Of a stretch of 64,000 bases of DNA, positions 1 to 11,915 are shown in pieces. Source of the DNA: Moniliella sp. 'wahieum' (taxonomy: Eukaryota); contig RSEE01000001.1 in the NCBI GenBank assembly GCA_003971905.1, positions 682,001-746,000 on the forward strand, read 5' to 3'. The number at the start of each line of letters is the position of its first letter. The stretch's first letter is position 1. The notes below the pieces were generated by a model. The model was not told the DNA's origin. It did not search any database and saw only the letters and a list, made by a program, of their open reading frames with translations. The position numbers were made by a program, and so were the translations under genes.

Positions 1-674
1 GCCGGTGGGGCGACAGCGACGGCCGCGGCGAAGCGTGACTGGAGGGTGATGCCTGAAACTGAGATCGACACGGCAGGACTCTGCGTCTCCTCCGCCCCAC
101 CGCCCCCGGCGTTTGCTTCAGACTGCCGTGGTGCGTGCCGCTGGCATGCATGACAGCTGAGCGCTGACATGTCACAGGACGTGTGGCATGGCGCCACTAC
201 GGCGTGCGCAGTAGGGTTGCGTTCGCCCTGGTCCGTCTGCAAGATTCCCGGCAGTCTGATTGCCACTCACACGGCACACTTGCCGCTAGGAGCACCACAA
301 CCGGCACTCCCACCACCTCCCTCCCCGACCTGTGGTTCAGACCCACATCACAACTCTCAAAGTAGTGGGAGCAATGTATTGCTGGAATGACCTTAACGAT
401 CCCCGTGACAGGAATGAATATACGCTGCTGTGGATTATACGCTGCTGAGTGAACAGCGTGCGTCAAAAAGGCAATAGACCCATAGGTTGCTTGGTTCCTC
501 TCAGCGTATATGTTCATGCGAAAAGGGAGAAGAAACGCAGAGGGGGCAAGAAAGAAGGGGGAGCGACAGAGCGCAGAGGGAAGGATATACAGAAGAGAAT
601 GTCTGTTGGGGATGAAGAACCCCATTATGAAAGAATGTGGAAAGTAATCCGAAAAGAGAGGTAATGAGGAGACG

Positions 675-2723
675 CTAACTGGCGACCCACATCCCAAAAC
701 CCGTAACCAAAAACCAATAACGGTAGAGCACACGGACAGCATTTTGCAAGATACGAAGATGAGGAGAGCGATATGGCTCTAAGTTAGGGGTTGGACACGA
801 CCAGGGGCGTATGCTCCTCCTGGTCCGATCCTGCCTCTGGGAAGGACAAGTTGGGCGACGGCTGCAGATCCCGCCCAGCTCCAGGAACATTGCTGAAGGA
901 ATGGGTCATGCCATAGGGCGGCGAGAGATGGGCACCTTCATATCCATGTTCCGAATGGGCGTAAAGGTTGGCTGCATCCTGCCCTAGTTGAGAGGCTTGG
1001 TCGAGCCGGAAAGAAGAGCCGCGCAATTCACTCGGTCCTGTTGTTGGAATGGGGGAGGAGAGAGTGGCCGGGCCAGTCGCCGAGGAGCCCGTAGGATAAT
1101 AACCGACCACATCAGAGTAAGGGTATGCGTAGGGCGCGCTCCCACTCAGCGTGTTCTGGTGGCTCGAATGCCCGGCCGACTGGGATGCAGCCGTAGCGGC
1201 TGCTGCGACCGCGGCAGCCTCCTGGGCTCTCTGCTCCCGGAGTTCAGGCGGGTCCAAGTGTGAGTAATCTGGAGTGGCCAGGGGTAGTAGTGCGACTGGT
1301 CCGACACGCCAGCCAACTTGGGCGTGACACCATTGCTGGTAGCCGTCGCGCCATCCGCAAACGCCTCGTTCCCGCCTTCGTTTTGGTAGGGGCTCATCGC
1401 ACCGCCCGCAGCGCCATCCGCCAGGTCATCCTCGTCGGCGTAAAGGTTGGGCAAAGCGGCGTTGGTCATCTCGTGGGCGTCTTCCCGTCCAGGGTCGAAG
1501 GAGGGCCAGTTGACCCCGGCACCGTGGTTCAAGTCGGCTTTGTCTCCATACAATGGCCGCTTGCCGAAGCACAAAAAGTAAGCCGAGCCCGTGCGAGACT
1601 TGCGCCGACGCAACAAAAGGAGCAATAACAGCAGTAGTGTCAATGCTGCCACACCGCCGACCACTCCACCAACTGCCCCCCAATCAGGCCCCCATTGGGC
1701 CCACTTTTCTTGCCCCCGACGTATCCTGTCGAGGTAGCAGTGACGACGACCACCTTGGTCCCCGTAATCTGCCTCACTATCCCATCACTGGTAATGTCCG
1801 AGGTGTAAAGACTGAAGGAGCTGGAAAGGAAGGTAGCGGCTGTGGGGTGGCTCCCGGGCTTACTTGTACTCTCCAACACAGGTGTCGCCGTACTCTGAGC
1901 CCCGTTCGACGACACTGGCGAGCCGCTCACAAGGGCCGTTTGCGTTGACTCGACCACTGTCGTCTCCACCCCGCCAGACTGTGATGGAGTGAGGCCCGTG
2001 CCAGCCGACGAGGTCACACCCACCACCGTCGTCTGACCAGTGGGGGTGTCCCCCTGGGTTGTCGGCTGCGAGTTTTGGGCAGGTGAGGTAGGTGTGCTTG
2101 CCTGACTGGAAGAACCAGTGGGCATGGCGTCGCTGGTGGTGGGATGGGCAGTGGAAGTGATCACCTGGGTTGTGGTACCAGGGTTGCCATTGCCATTGCT
2201 GCTGCCATTGCTGCTGCCGTTCCTCTGCCATTGCTACCGGCTGAGTGGGTTGGACGCTGGTGTGGTGATCCGACGTCGTCGGGGCGCTGTGCGTGCTTTC
2301 AGCTGGGGTAGACGGAGTGGGATCTGAAGTGGGACTGTCAGCAGCTGAGGATTGGGTTGGGGAGGAGGGAGAGTTTGAGGTCTTGGCCGTTGAGGACTGG
2401 GCATCTGAAGTTTGAGCGGTTGATTGCTGGCCCTGGTTAGAAGACTGGGCCTGGTCTTGTCCGCCTGCAGGAGAGGAGTCCTCGGCACGAGCATAGAGGT
2501 AAGCAGACGCCACAGCCGCAGCTGGACGACGATGCTGGTGGGAAAGGTGGGAAGGGGGAGAGCGAGGGACTACAGGCGAGGGAGGGAGGGCAGGATCAGC
2601 GTCAGAATGACGGAAAATGGCTTTTTGGCGGCGGGCGAAAGGGAGCGTACCAGGCGTCTGGGCTGCTGGGCGGCGACGGCGACGGGGGGAGCGCGGAAGA
2701 GGTGAGCGAGCGGGCGCCGACAT
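675..2723 (-). CDS. Ser/Thr-rich single-pass membrane protein (Mid2/SKG6/Wsc-like cell-surface sensor), frameshifted
   Basis: S/T-rich ectodomain (ORFs 1860..3029 and 1640..2164), then KKSGPNGGLIGG..VGGVAALTLLLLLLLLLRRRKSR (Gly-rich transmembrane helix plus basic stop-transfer; ORF 1146..1664), then a low-complexity cytoplasmic tail (784..1257). ATG at 2723 assumed; 3' end uncertain. Confidence 0.65.
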
Positions 2724-4994
2724 GGGGGCGGGGGTGACGGGAGCCGAGATGGTGGGGGAGGAGGAGGGCAGGGAGGGCTTGCTCAGTTTTGGCGTGGTGG
2801 AGGGGCTGCAAATCAGAAGAAGGCGCTGCGCTGGCGCTGTGCCTGGCAGGACGGCGGAATGCGGCAAGTGGCACGCTGCATGGTAGCAATCCACCCCACC
2901 CTGCATGCCGCCCGCAGTGCGCCAGAGTACGCCGCGCTGCTGCACCTGCCGCGTGCCGCCCCCATGCGCTGCAGCACCCTCAAATGCCCCCCGCCTGCTG
3001 GAAATAAGCTTCCAGGATGCATCATGCATCAGGAACCACGATCCAATTCAAACCTCGTTTAAACGTTTAATGAGCCTGCCAGGGTTTTGACAGGCGCCAG
3101 CAGGGCGCCAGTGGCCAACCACCTGCCACCCGGCAGCTCTGCAGTGTTTCGCCTGCGAGCGCCCCGGCCGAGCCATCATCTGCATCAGCACCCTGCGGCT
3201 CAGCACATCAGGCTGCGCAGGCGCTCAGCTTCAGCGTCACGCTCCGCAGCCGAGCGCAGCAGCATCTGAGATCTGAGCGCATGTCCCACGTCACGTGCAC
3301 ACCGCAGCCATCCCCCTCTTCGACCATTGCATGGATCCAAGCGACATTTCGACGCGGCCATCACAGGCGGCGGCCCACAGCGTTGCGACACATTCCCCCA
3401 CGGTTGGAGCAGACAGTCCCAGGAGTGTGTTGCCGCTTGTTGCGGTTCTTTGTCTTGCACACCGGCCTTGGCAAAGTAACCGCCATCGGTCCGTCATCCC
3501 AGGGGACAAACACCTGTTGGTCTGGCGTCGATGTGGCTGTCAACGTTGGTGAGAGATGCAACGGGTGCCCTTCAATACTTGACTAGTTTCTCCAACACTT
3601 TTTCGAATACAACAGCAGATACTTCCGTCTCCGTGACTATTAGTGACTCTCTCTCGTGAACTGCATCAGAATGTTGAACACAGAGCCTGCGGAAGTATAG
3701 GTTGGACCACATTTTCTTGTGGTTCGCACGTTTGGCCAATATCCCTTATTCAGTCCTTTCTCTGTCCCTCCTCAGGCCGAAAAGCTCGGCTGTTTTGTAG
3801 CGTCTGCCTTCCCTATACCTCCGCCCGGGCCGCTGGTGACTGGCTGTGGTTCATGTCCCTCTGTAGGTGTTGTTGGTTTAATTGCTGCGATGTGACGAAC
3901 GAAAACAGAGGACCGGCGAGCCCGGAGTTGTGCTAGCTAGCCTATATACACCCCCCACCCTTTGCTTTCCCGGCCCTGTAATAATTTGGGCTAGACGATG
4001 GATACCAAGGTCCTATCAGAGACGGGGGAAATGGTAAGCTCGTTCGTGGGAGGAAACAAGAGGCATCGGTCAGTTGACAGAAGCAAAGGGGGGAAGGAAG
4101 AGCGAGATACACGGGATGCAGAATTGGGAATTGGAGCGAGTTTAGTCAATCCGTGGCACGTCCCGAGACCTGGATTCCACCTTCTCCGGACCAATCCCCA
4201 CCCCTTCCGACCCCATCCCCAGTGCTCGCTCTCAAAATAAAACCCCAATCTAGTCGCAGGCGTGGAGGGATCGTACCATGCCCGGTGGCCGGGGTGGCTT
4301 TGGACCCTAATATACTATACGTGTCTTTAGCGCAGTGTTTTTTAGCACAATGTAGTCGCCATTTGATGTCCATTTGCCTTTGCATCTCACATATCGCATC
4401 ACGTTCCTATTTTGGGATTCAACTCGTCTTTTTTCCCCAGTTTTGCCGTTGCCCCTGCCGGACTTTCGAACAGTCTCTGTCTAGTAGATGCATAGCTCCC
4501 CCTAATCCCTTGCCTTGCCCACTTCTCCCCTCTACCGCGTTTTCTTTCCCTATTATAGTCCCTGCACGTAAGCGGTAGACCGTGGTTTATTGGTGTCTCC
4601 ACCTCTCTCTCGTCTTGATTTCAACCCGTACATAGTACCGGAGTCGATTGGCCTCATCAGGTCTCAGGCGTCAGTAGGATAGACATAGACGTTGCATGTA
4701 TAAAGGCCGATATATGGCACTGTGGAAGGTGTTTCTGGCCGTACAGGCGAGTCTCGTCGTCGTTAATTCATAGCTAATCGAAATTTCTCGTCACAACGTT
4801 GCCGCCGATCTCGCCACAGGGTAGTAACTTGATACCGTTAGACTATGATTAGAATTGCCACACCTTGTACAAGAAAAGCTGGCGGCAAGATGGTCGCAAG
4901 GTCGAGACAATCTGCCCGACAGCTTGGCGCCAGGTTGCCCCCAGCTATCCCCCACCTATCCCCGGACAGTCCGCAGCCTTGCTGGCAGGCTGAT

Positions 4995-5087
4995 GGCAAG
5001 GCTAGCCACAGATTGCCACCAGGCTGGTGGCAAGACTAGCCACAGATTTCCACCAGGCTGGCGGCTAGGGTGGTGGCTAGGGTGCCA
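4995..5087 (+). repeat. Left subterminal repeats of the transposon
   Basis: Two near-identical copies of GGCAAGRCTAGCCACAGATTKCCACCAGGCTGG followed by GGCTAGGGTG x2. Confidence 0.7.
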
Positions 5088-6779
5088 CTATGCTATCAGA
5101 TCAGGCAGTGGATTATCTTTAAAGCATGCATTGCCATGGTTGTTTAGACACAGAGAAGTAGAGGAGCGCCAAGGCAACGGCAGGGTGTTCGAGGAGCCTC
5201 AGGAGGGCGGCAACCAGAAGCTTTGCCTTCGTCGTCTAATCGCGGACCAAAAACATCATGGGGACGCCGAGATGATAGGGACCGAAGGGCAAAGATACAA
5301 GGGCCATACAACTTGCGGCGTGGGGGCGAAGCGTCCGCGTTCGAGAGGGAGAATGAGTCCCGCAACCATACGGCGAACGATGATCTGTGTGCAAGCCTGC
5401 ACATGTTCCGTGGTCGTTGCCGCAGCACTTGAGCGCCTTCTTTAATCATCCTGCTTAAAGGCGTTGTCAGTGTATGGGCGGATAAGGACAAAGTCCAGGT
5501 ACTGACCGTCGAGCCCTGGCCGGGGAAACCGTCGCCGTCGACCGTCCGCTCGAAGCGCCCTTGTCGTTGATGTTCAATCGCTGTTGGGAGGCATGACCGA
5601 TATCTTGACGTGAAGGATACCAGGCAAGACCATGCCACCAGGCGTGGTCGACTCGTTTCCGTCAGCTGCGCACAGACGAGTCAGTCCGACAAGCATCCGC
5701 CCGGGGGGCGTGGACATACCGAGGCCAGGCCCTTGCACAGCAAGCACGTCGGCGGGGTGTATATAATGGCAGCGCAACGAGCCGGGCACATGGCGCCAGC
5801 TCTGGTAGCACAGTGTGGCCAGCGAGAGAGAGGCGGTGGTGATGGTGGTGGTAGTCGAGAGGCAAGAGCATCGGCGCAGCTGCATGCGGTTATAGACGCA
5901 ACCACCGGTGGTCCACCGGTGGTCCACCCGCATGGCGCCAGTGTTGTCCCCCACGCCACCGCCACAGCCCACGGCGCCCCCCTGCAGCCTGGGCGTTTCA
6001 TATATAGATTCTTTTAAGTTGTGCACTTGAGATAGTCGTGACAGTAGCTATATACAGCACGAATCCCAGTCCAACTATCTCGTTGCGAGAGAAGACCACA
6101 TTCGCACAAGTCGCGGGCAGACCGAAGGGAATTGTCTCTTTACTCGCTCAACAAAACTAAGGCAATTGAGAAGGTGCAGCAGCCTCTCGTGTGCATCGGA
6201 GCATCCAGTTTGTATCAGGAGACGATGTACATTGTGTTCTTCGGTCGACGGCATTTTCCAGCTCATACATGTCCTCGAACCCTTCCATCCGCTCCAAGAT
6301 GCCACAGTAAACCAAGCCCTGGTCGCCCAGGGCTATGGTCCAGATCCTCACAGGGACGGGTTCATGGAAGAACCACACAAGGGACGATGGGATCTGATCG
6401 GCACAAGTGACTGAGCCGATGGTCAATAAGCGTCCACGCGATCTGGATATTCACATGTACCTTGGCGAACCTGTTCACCTGCTCGGTATTACCGCGCCTA
6501 TCTTTCTCGTCTTGTGGCAACACGACGCCGACAGTGACTTGTGGTACAACATCGTGGCCAACTCGGCCCAGGACGAGACGACCAAACTGCTGAAGTTCAC
6601 ATGCAAAACGACACGTACCGCCTTTCTTGCCTAGGTGAACATGACAAAAAGCTGCACCTCAACGACGGCCATCAGTAAATTGCCTTGCACTCCACCGCGC
6701 AGCGGAAACTCTTGGCTTACTGACTTCCATCCTGGTACGACATAGGCACGTGGTGGGACGGGAGGAAAAAGGGGGCATC

Positions 6780-7370
6780 AGCACCCTCAGTGCCACGGCC
6801 TGTGACCGAAACAACTAGTCCGTCTCCAGCTGGAGGGATGGGCCAATGGTTTTGGAGACAATGTGTCCAATTGGCCAAGCTCTCTTAACAGCCTGCTTCT
6901 GGGCAACATGGACGTACCACGGGACGAGTCTAGAAGGGCAAAGAACCTTTTTGTTTGCATCAGAAACAGCAAAGTCTCTCCTCCCGTTGTGCGAGCAGCT
7001 GGTCAAACAGCTTAAGTGTGAGTATCACTACCTAGTCCAAGTTGCTTGCAGTGTGAAGCCGCCGTGATTCCTGCAAGGAAAGAAAGCTTGCTAATGCCTT
7101 TTCGAACATACACAGGCAGTATCACGAGGAGCTCATCCCTGTCTGGGATTCGAATACCGAGGGATGGGCCTTTGTACAGCCCGTGTTGCCGATAATGAAG
7201 GGCGATAACGAGATGGCTTCAGTGATGTGCATGACTGCTCACGTGTGCTGTCGTTTGTGCGACTGCGGATGGCAACGGGGTACAAATACATTGGCGGAGA
7301 ACGTGACTGACTGTCTGGTGCGTACACGAGGCTCTAGTGCTGTGCTGAGTGTGCACCAAGGCGACTGACT
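6780..7370 (+). pseudogene. Degenerate transposase remnant (CACTA/Plavaka-like catalytic region)
   Basis: My translation from 6831 gives RLQLEGWANGFGDNVSNWPSSLNSLLLGNMDVPRDESRRAKNLF, resembling the first catalytic-Asp region (D..F...N...GNxPR....N). ORF 7183..7368 gives KGDNEMASVMCMTAHVCCRLC, resembling the GDNxxxS...CRxC motif of fungal CACTA-like transposases. Multiple stops and frameshifts. Confidence 0.5.
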
Positions 7371-8138
7371 AACTGGCGAACACATTAAGACGGAAAGGAA
7401 TCTACGTTCAAGCGTCGAAGCTACTATAGGCGCGAAGTCGATCACCAGCTCGATATGGTCGTCCAGAACGACGGTCGGGTCGACGACCGAGCAAACCAGA
7501 CGGGGTGAACGACAAGTATTTGAAGGACGCCTCCTTTCTCCTGTTTAAGTACCGAAAGAGTCTAGATGACTCGGCAGGGGCAAGTAATAGCAAGAAACGT
7601 AAGAAGCCACTCCCCGATTTCGTCTCGGGGTCCTGGAGTTGCTGGATAAGTTTAAGCAAGACGGGCTCGGACATCGGCGGTGCAGCGCTGCTATACGTTA
7701 GTGCTTAACCACTTCGTCACACTCTGTCTCTCCCCACATCGACATCCTGCGACTTGCTGACTTGGCCTTTGCCTAGGACTGGGCGGTCGAGGACGATAAT
7801 GTTCCATCGACGGACGAGGACATTGTGCGGGCAGTACGATTACAGCAATGAATGTGTAGACGGTTCCATATGGGCTACGAATGATACTATGAGAAGTTGT
7901 ACCCACCACTGATGTATACTCTTCACCACCAGTCTACAAATGTTTTTGACGACTCTTCGTGTGAAAACGGACATACGAATATTGGGTCCAGTGATCGCCG
8001 CAAAGTAGTTAGTGCTTTTATGGTGCAACGGTCTATGTCTACTTTCAGCGGGGGAAACCACAAGTTCGATTCCTGGACACACCTTCCTTTTTAACATGGG
8101 TCGAGGCTGCCCGCTATCCACAGTGTCGCGAAATAGGG

Positions 8139-8252
8139 TGGCGGGCAAGGTTGCGACTAGAATGGCGGACAAGGTTTGTTACTAGAATGGCGGGCAAGGT
8201 TGCGACTAGAATGGCGGACAAGGTTTGTTACTAGAATGGCGGGCAAGGTTGC
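8139..8252 (+). repeat. Right subterminal tandem repeat, 49-bp period of alternating 24/25-bp units
   Basis: TGGCGGGCAAGGTTGCGACTAGAA (A) and TGGCGGACAAGGTTTGTTACTAGAA (B) arranged A-B-A-B-partial A. Confidence 0.9.
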
Positions 8253-8999
8253 CACGAGCTTTATAGGCAGCAATCTAGGGACAACCTCGCTGGGCGGCGT
8301 TGCCGCGGTGTGGTCCAAGAGGTTGGGGCTAGCTGTGTTGGCGAGGCTGTGACAGGGTTGTGCCCCTCAAATCTAAAGGCAAGATTGTGGCGAGGCCGGC
8401 AAGGTTGTGGGCTAGAAATTTCGATTAGCTATGTTACGTTGTGAATGTACTTGTGAACTTCACTAAATGACCGTTTCCATACTACTGTCATGGGGCTGAG
8501 GGCAGGCCGACGAGTCTGACCGAGCCCGCAAGCTCACATTTCTCCCTTGCCTGATAGATATCTACCGTAATAGACCGAGAATGGCTCGCCGAAACAATTA
8601 ATCCATCAACTCCCCGTTGTATTGCTCTAGTCTAAATATAGAGCATGTTCCCTTTCAAGTGTGGGTGGGCGACTTGTCCTTATTTAGATCTACAGCCCTT
8701 CTTCGGCACGTTCGACATATTCCTCGCACATTTTTGTTATTTCTCGGCTCCAACTTTTTCACTATCCTGCAAATGGGGCGTTCAGCGGTAGAACATGCGT
8801 CTCGCCCCAACAAGCAGACATAAGAGCAACAAGTGCTCTGTGCACCCTCTGTTTTGTGGGGTACCGCGTTCTCAGATGATGTTTGGTGCACACTCGATAA
8901 TGGCTGATGTATGTTAGGGCGCTGAGTACTGCGATAGGCTAACCCCCATCTGACAAGCGAATATCAAAGCAAGATACAATCGTTAAACATGGTACCGGT

Positions 9000-9023
9000 T
9001 AAACGTTAAACGTTAAACGTTAA
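9000..9023. repeat. Heptad array (TAA-ACGT)x3-TAA
   Basis: Read directly from the sequence; member of the recurrent intergenic period-7 family (see findings). Confidence 0.85.
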
Positions 9024-9141
9024 CCCCTCCCCCCCACGCCCTCTGTGATCTTAATGTTCTCTCTCTGTGGGGGTCGGCGAGAGGACGGTGTGGGGCGGCG
9101 TTAACCGCTCGCTGAGACAGGCGGGATCTCATACACCGATA

Positions 9142-9158
9142 TGATCGATGATCGATGA
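9142..9158. repeat. Heptad array (TGA-TCGA)x2-TGA
   Basis: Read directly from the sequence; lies upstream of the monooxygenase. Confidence 0.8.
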
Positions 9159-9615
9159 TCAAAGAAGTCGTTGCCCGCGCAGCTACTTAGAACCACCCAA
9201 TAAAGTGCGGGTTGGGGGGAAATCGGAATGCGGCAGCCGCCAACCGCGTTTAACCCCGGGATAATTAGGTTGTAGTATGTTGGGGAAGGCCTTTTTGCAA
9301 GCTAAAACAGACTGGCCTGGATGGGCGCGTATGATTATGTGGGTGGCGCGGGATGTATGATGCATGATGCAGATGGCTCGCTAGACTGCGAGCGAGAGCG
9401 TTGCGAGCGCGGGGAGCACAAGGTAGGGGCACCCTACCACTGTGTATTTACACCACCACAATAACCGCCCAGCACGTCAGCAATTAATCCCGCGTGCACA
9501 TATGCCAGTCGCTGTGTTGCGTCTCCCTAGAGGAATAGACCGCCTAACCGGCAATTCCCTATAAGAAGACGTGACCAACCCAGCCTAGTCCCCCCCCCCC
9601 TCCATCGCTACCGCT

Positions 9616-11535
9616 ATGTCTGCCTCCGTCTCCACACCTCTTCCTCCCTCCATGGAGCCCGCTGCGGCCTACTCGGCCACCCATGCTGATGCGTACAAGC
9701 TCACTCCTGCCTATCACGAGGTTATCGTTGTCGGCGGCGGCGTATCCTCCATTGCCATGACCATCCAACTGGAGCGGAAACTGGGTGTTACCGACGTGTT
9801 GATCCTGGAGAAAGAGAGTGGACTATCAGGGACGTGGCATGCCAACTCCTATCCGGGCTGTGCCTGTGATATCCCAGCTCCGTTCTACTCCTTCTCCTTC
9901 GCCCAGAACCCATACTGGTCCAAGCTGCACCCCGGCGTGGCGGAGCTGAAGCAGTACTTTATCAACGTGGCTGATAGGTACCATGTTCTCAGCGCGCCCG
10001 GGTCAACACGGTCGTTCTCGAGTCGCGCTTTGACGATGCACAGGACTCTGGCATTTTATTGCCCAGGACGTCAATCCGTCAGGCAATGCTGCAACCCCAC
10101 GGCAGTACCACTACGTGAGCAAGGTCTTTGTCATGGCCGTCGGGGGACTGAGTGAGCCCAACAAAATCAACATTCCCGGTCACGAAAAGTTTACTGGACC
10201 CATCTTCCACTCACAGCGGTGGGACCACAGCGTTGACCTGAAGAACAAGGATGTGGTGGTTGTGGCAATGGTTGCACTGCATCTCAACTGATCCCAATCG
10301 TCGGCGCGAGGCCAAGACTCTAACTCAATTTGCCCGTTCCAAGCACTGGATCGCTCCTATTCCTCGCAATCCCCTGGAAGACTATATTCCAGGATCAAGT
10401 GGCTAATCCGCCATGTTCCGTTCGTCATGTCTATCAACCGTTTCGTCATTTTCTGTTTCTGTGAATTTACCTTCAACTGATCAAGTTGGGACGATTTGGT
10501 GATTTCCTGCGTGCACGATGGAGCGCGCCTGATTGCTCACGTCCACCGCCTTGCACCCCAAAAGTACTGGGATATGCTCATCCCAACTGACCAAGAATGA
10601 CCGTTGGCTGCAAGCGTCGCATCTTCGACAGTGACTACCTCGCCAGCCTCAATGCGCCCAACATTGAACTGATCCCAGAGAATCTGGGGAAAATTGGGAA
10701 GGACTTTGTCGAGACGAAAGATGGCCGCCAAATTCATGCCGATGTCATCATCATGAGCATTGGCTTCTCCGTGCTGCGGGCGGGATTCCCTATGCTCATC
10801 TATGGCCGCAACGGGGAAGAGATGCATCAGCATTGGACTACATATGGCCGAGGTGCCAACTTTGCCTACCGCTCCTCCATGCAGTCCAACTTCCCCAACC
10901 TAGGCATTCTTATGGGGTCAATTCTACAAACGGGCCATACCTCGTACGCATTCCCTCCCCGTGTCCTTTGGTACCGCCGTTGTGCCTTGTCTAATTCGTG
11001 CCTCTGACTTTTCTCGTTTCAAGGTTATTTTCACTACCGAGTCCCAGATCCGGTTCCTCCTGAGATTTTCAAGCCCATCCTTGCTTCCCCGGGTCCACCT
11101 GGCGGGCCATCAGCCATTCCCCGCTGCCAGAGACCGGGAGCACGATGTGGGCCTGGCTCCTGTGGACCGGCAAGTACCTACTGTGGATGTCAAGTTGTCG
11201 GCCGAGCTGAACGACCTCAACTGGATCTGCAAGGCATGACCCGGACGGTGTTTAGCCTTCATTGTGGAGCGTGGTATGAGGATCTTCAATCGGGGCGGGA
11301 CAGCAATGTATCCCGAAAGCCAGATTGCCATGAGTCGGCGGCTCACTTTCCCCAATTGGTCGGACCTGGTGTACACCAACCTTCCCAGCACAAAAAGGTG
11401 CCGTCAACGATGCCGTGGTGGAAGTGGTATGGAAACCGTATCTTTGGTCTTGGTGCATTGCCCCATGTCGACAAGGAAGATCCGGTGATTGCTTACGCTA
11501 AACCCTATGGCTCTCTTGTCGCCAAATCCGAGTAA
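9616..11535 (+). CDS. Flavin-containing monooxygenase, Baeyer-Villiger (type I BVMO) family, frameshifted
   Basis: Rossmann motif VIVVGGGVSS; GTWHANSYPGCACDIP; BVMO fingerprint FTGPIFHSQRWD (FxGxxxHxxxW[P/D]) at about 10189-10225; GCKRRIFD; ADVII. Probable intron about 10944-11023. TATA-like TATAAG at 9560. Confidence 0.9.
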
Positions 11536-11915
11536 GAATCGGCCATTCAACTATATCCGTCAAAGTCGTCGATCGAGTGCTTGGCATGTGCGCGCGTGGA
11601 TGTCAAGCTATGTATGCGCGACACCTCTTTCACTTCTCTCCGTTTCCCGCCTGTATCTCGTGTGCGTTTTCATTGCATGTACATACGCTCTGTATAGTTT
11701 TGATTGAGGAACAGGTCGCAATTGAATGGCCTCCGGGACTTTATACTGCTTCGAGCCCTGGTGTATACAGTTGGACCACAGTTGAGCTGGCATAGCGGGT
11801 GGACAAGGGTGACTTCTCCATTTACACATCAGCGAACTTTCCTCTCGACTAGTGTCTATCGCGGTGTTGCCAGCCGAAGGGGCCATTGTCTGTTCCGGGT
11901 GTTCTGAGAAGACTC

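Larger units (their letters stand above)
4769..8433. mobile_element. Decayed TIR DNA transposon, CACTA/EnSpm(CMC)- or Plavaka-like, 3665 bp
   Basis: Perfect 20-bp terminal inverted repeat CATAGCTAATCGAAATTTCT at 4769-4788 and its reverse complement at 8414-8433, extending imperfectly to about 48 bp. TT lies on both flanks (possible 2-bp TSD). Subterminal tandem repeats at both ends; internal degenerate transposase motifs. Confidence 0.8.

Noticed and set aside
3280..4600. Short ORFs, including 3998..4240 after a TATATA at about 3943
   Set aside because: No recognisable motifs or consistent tiling; probably intergenic or decayed sequence.
8139..8252. Regularly spaced repeats resembling a CRISPR array
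   Set aside because: The units are contiguous with no unique spacers, no cas genes are present, the context is eukaryotic, and the repeats are explained as transposon subterminal repeats.
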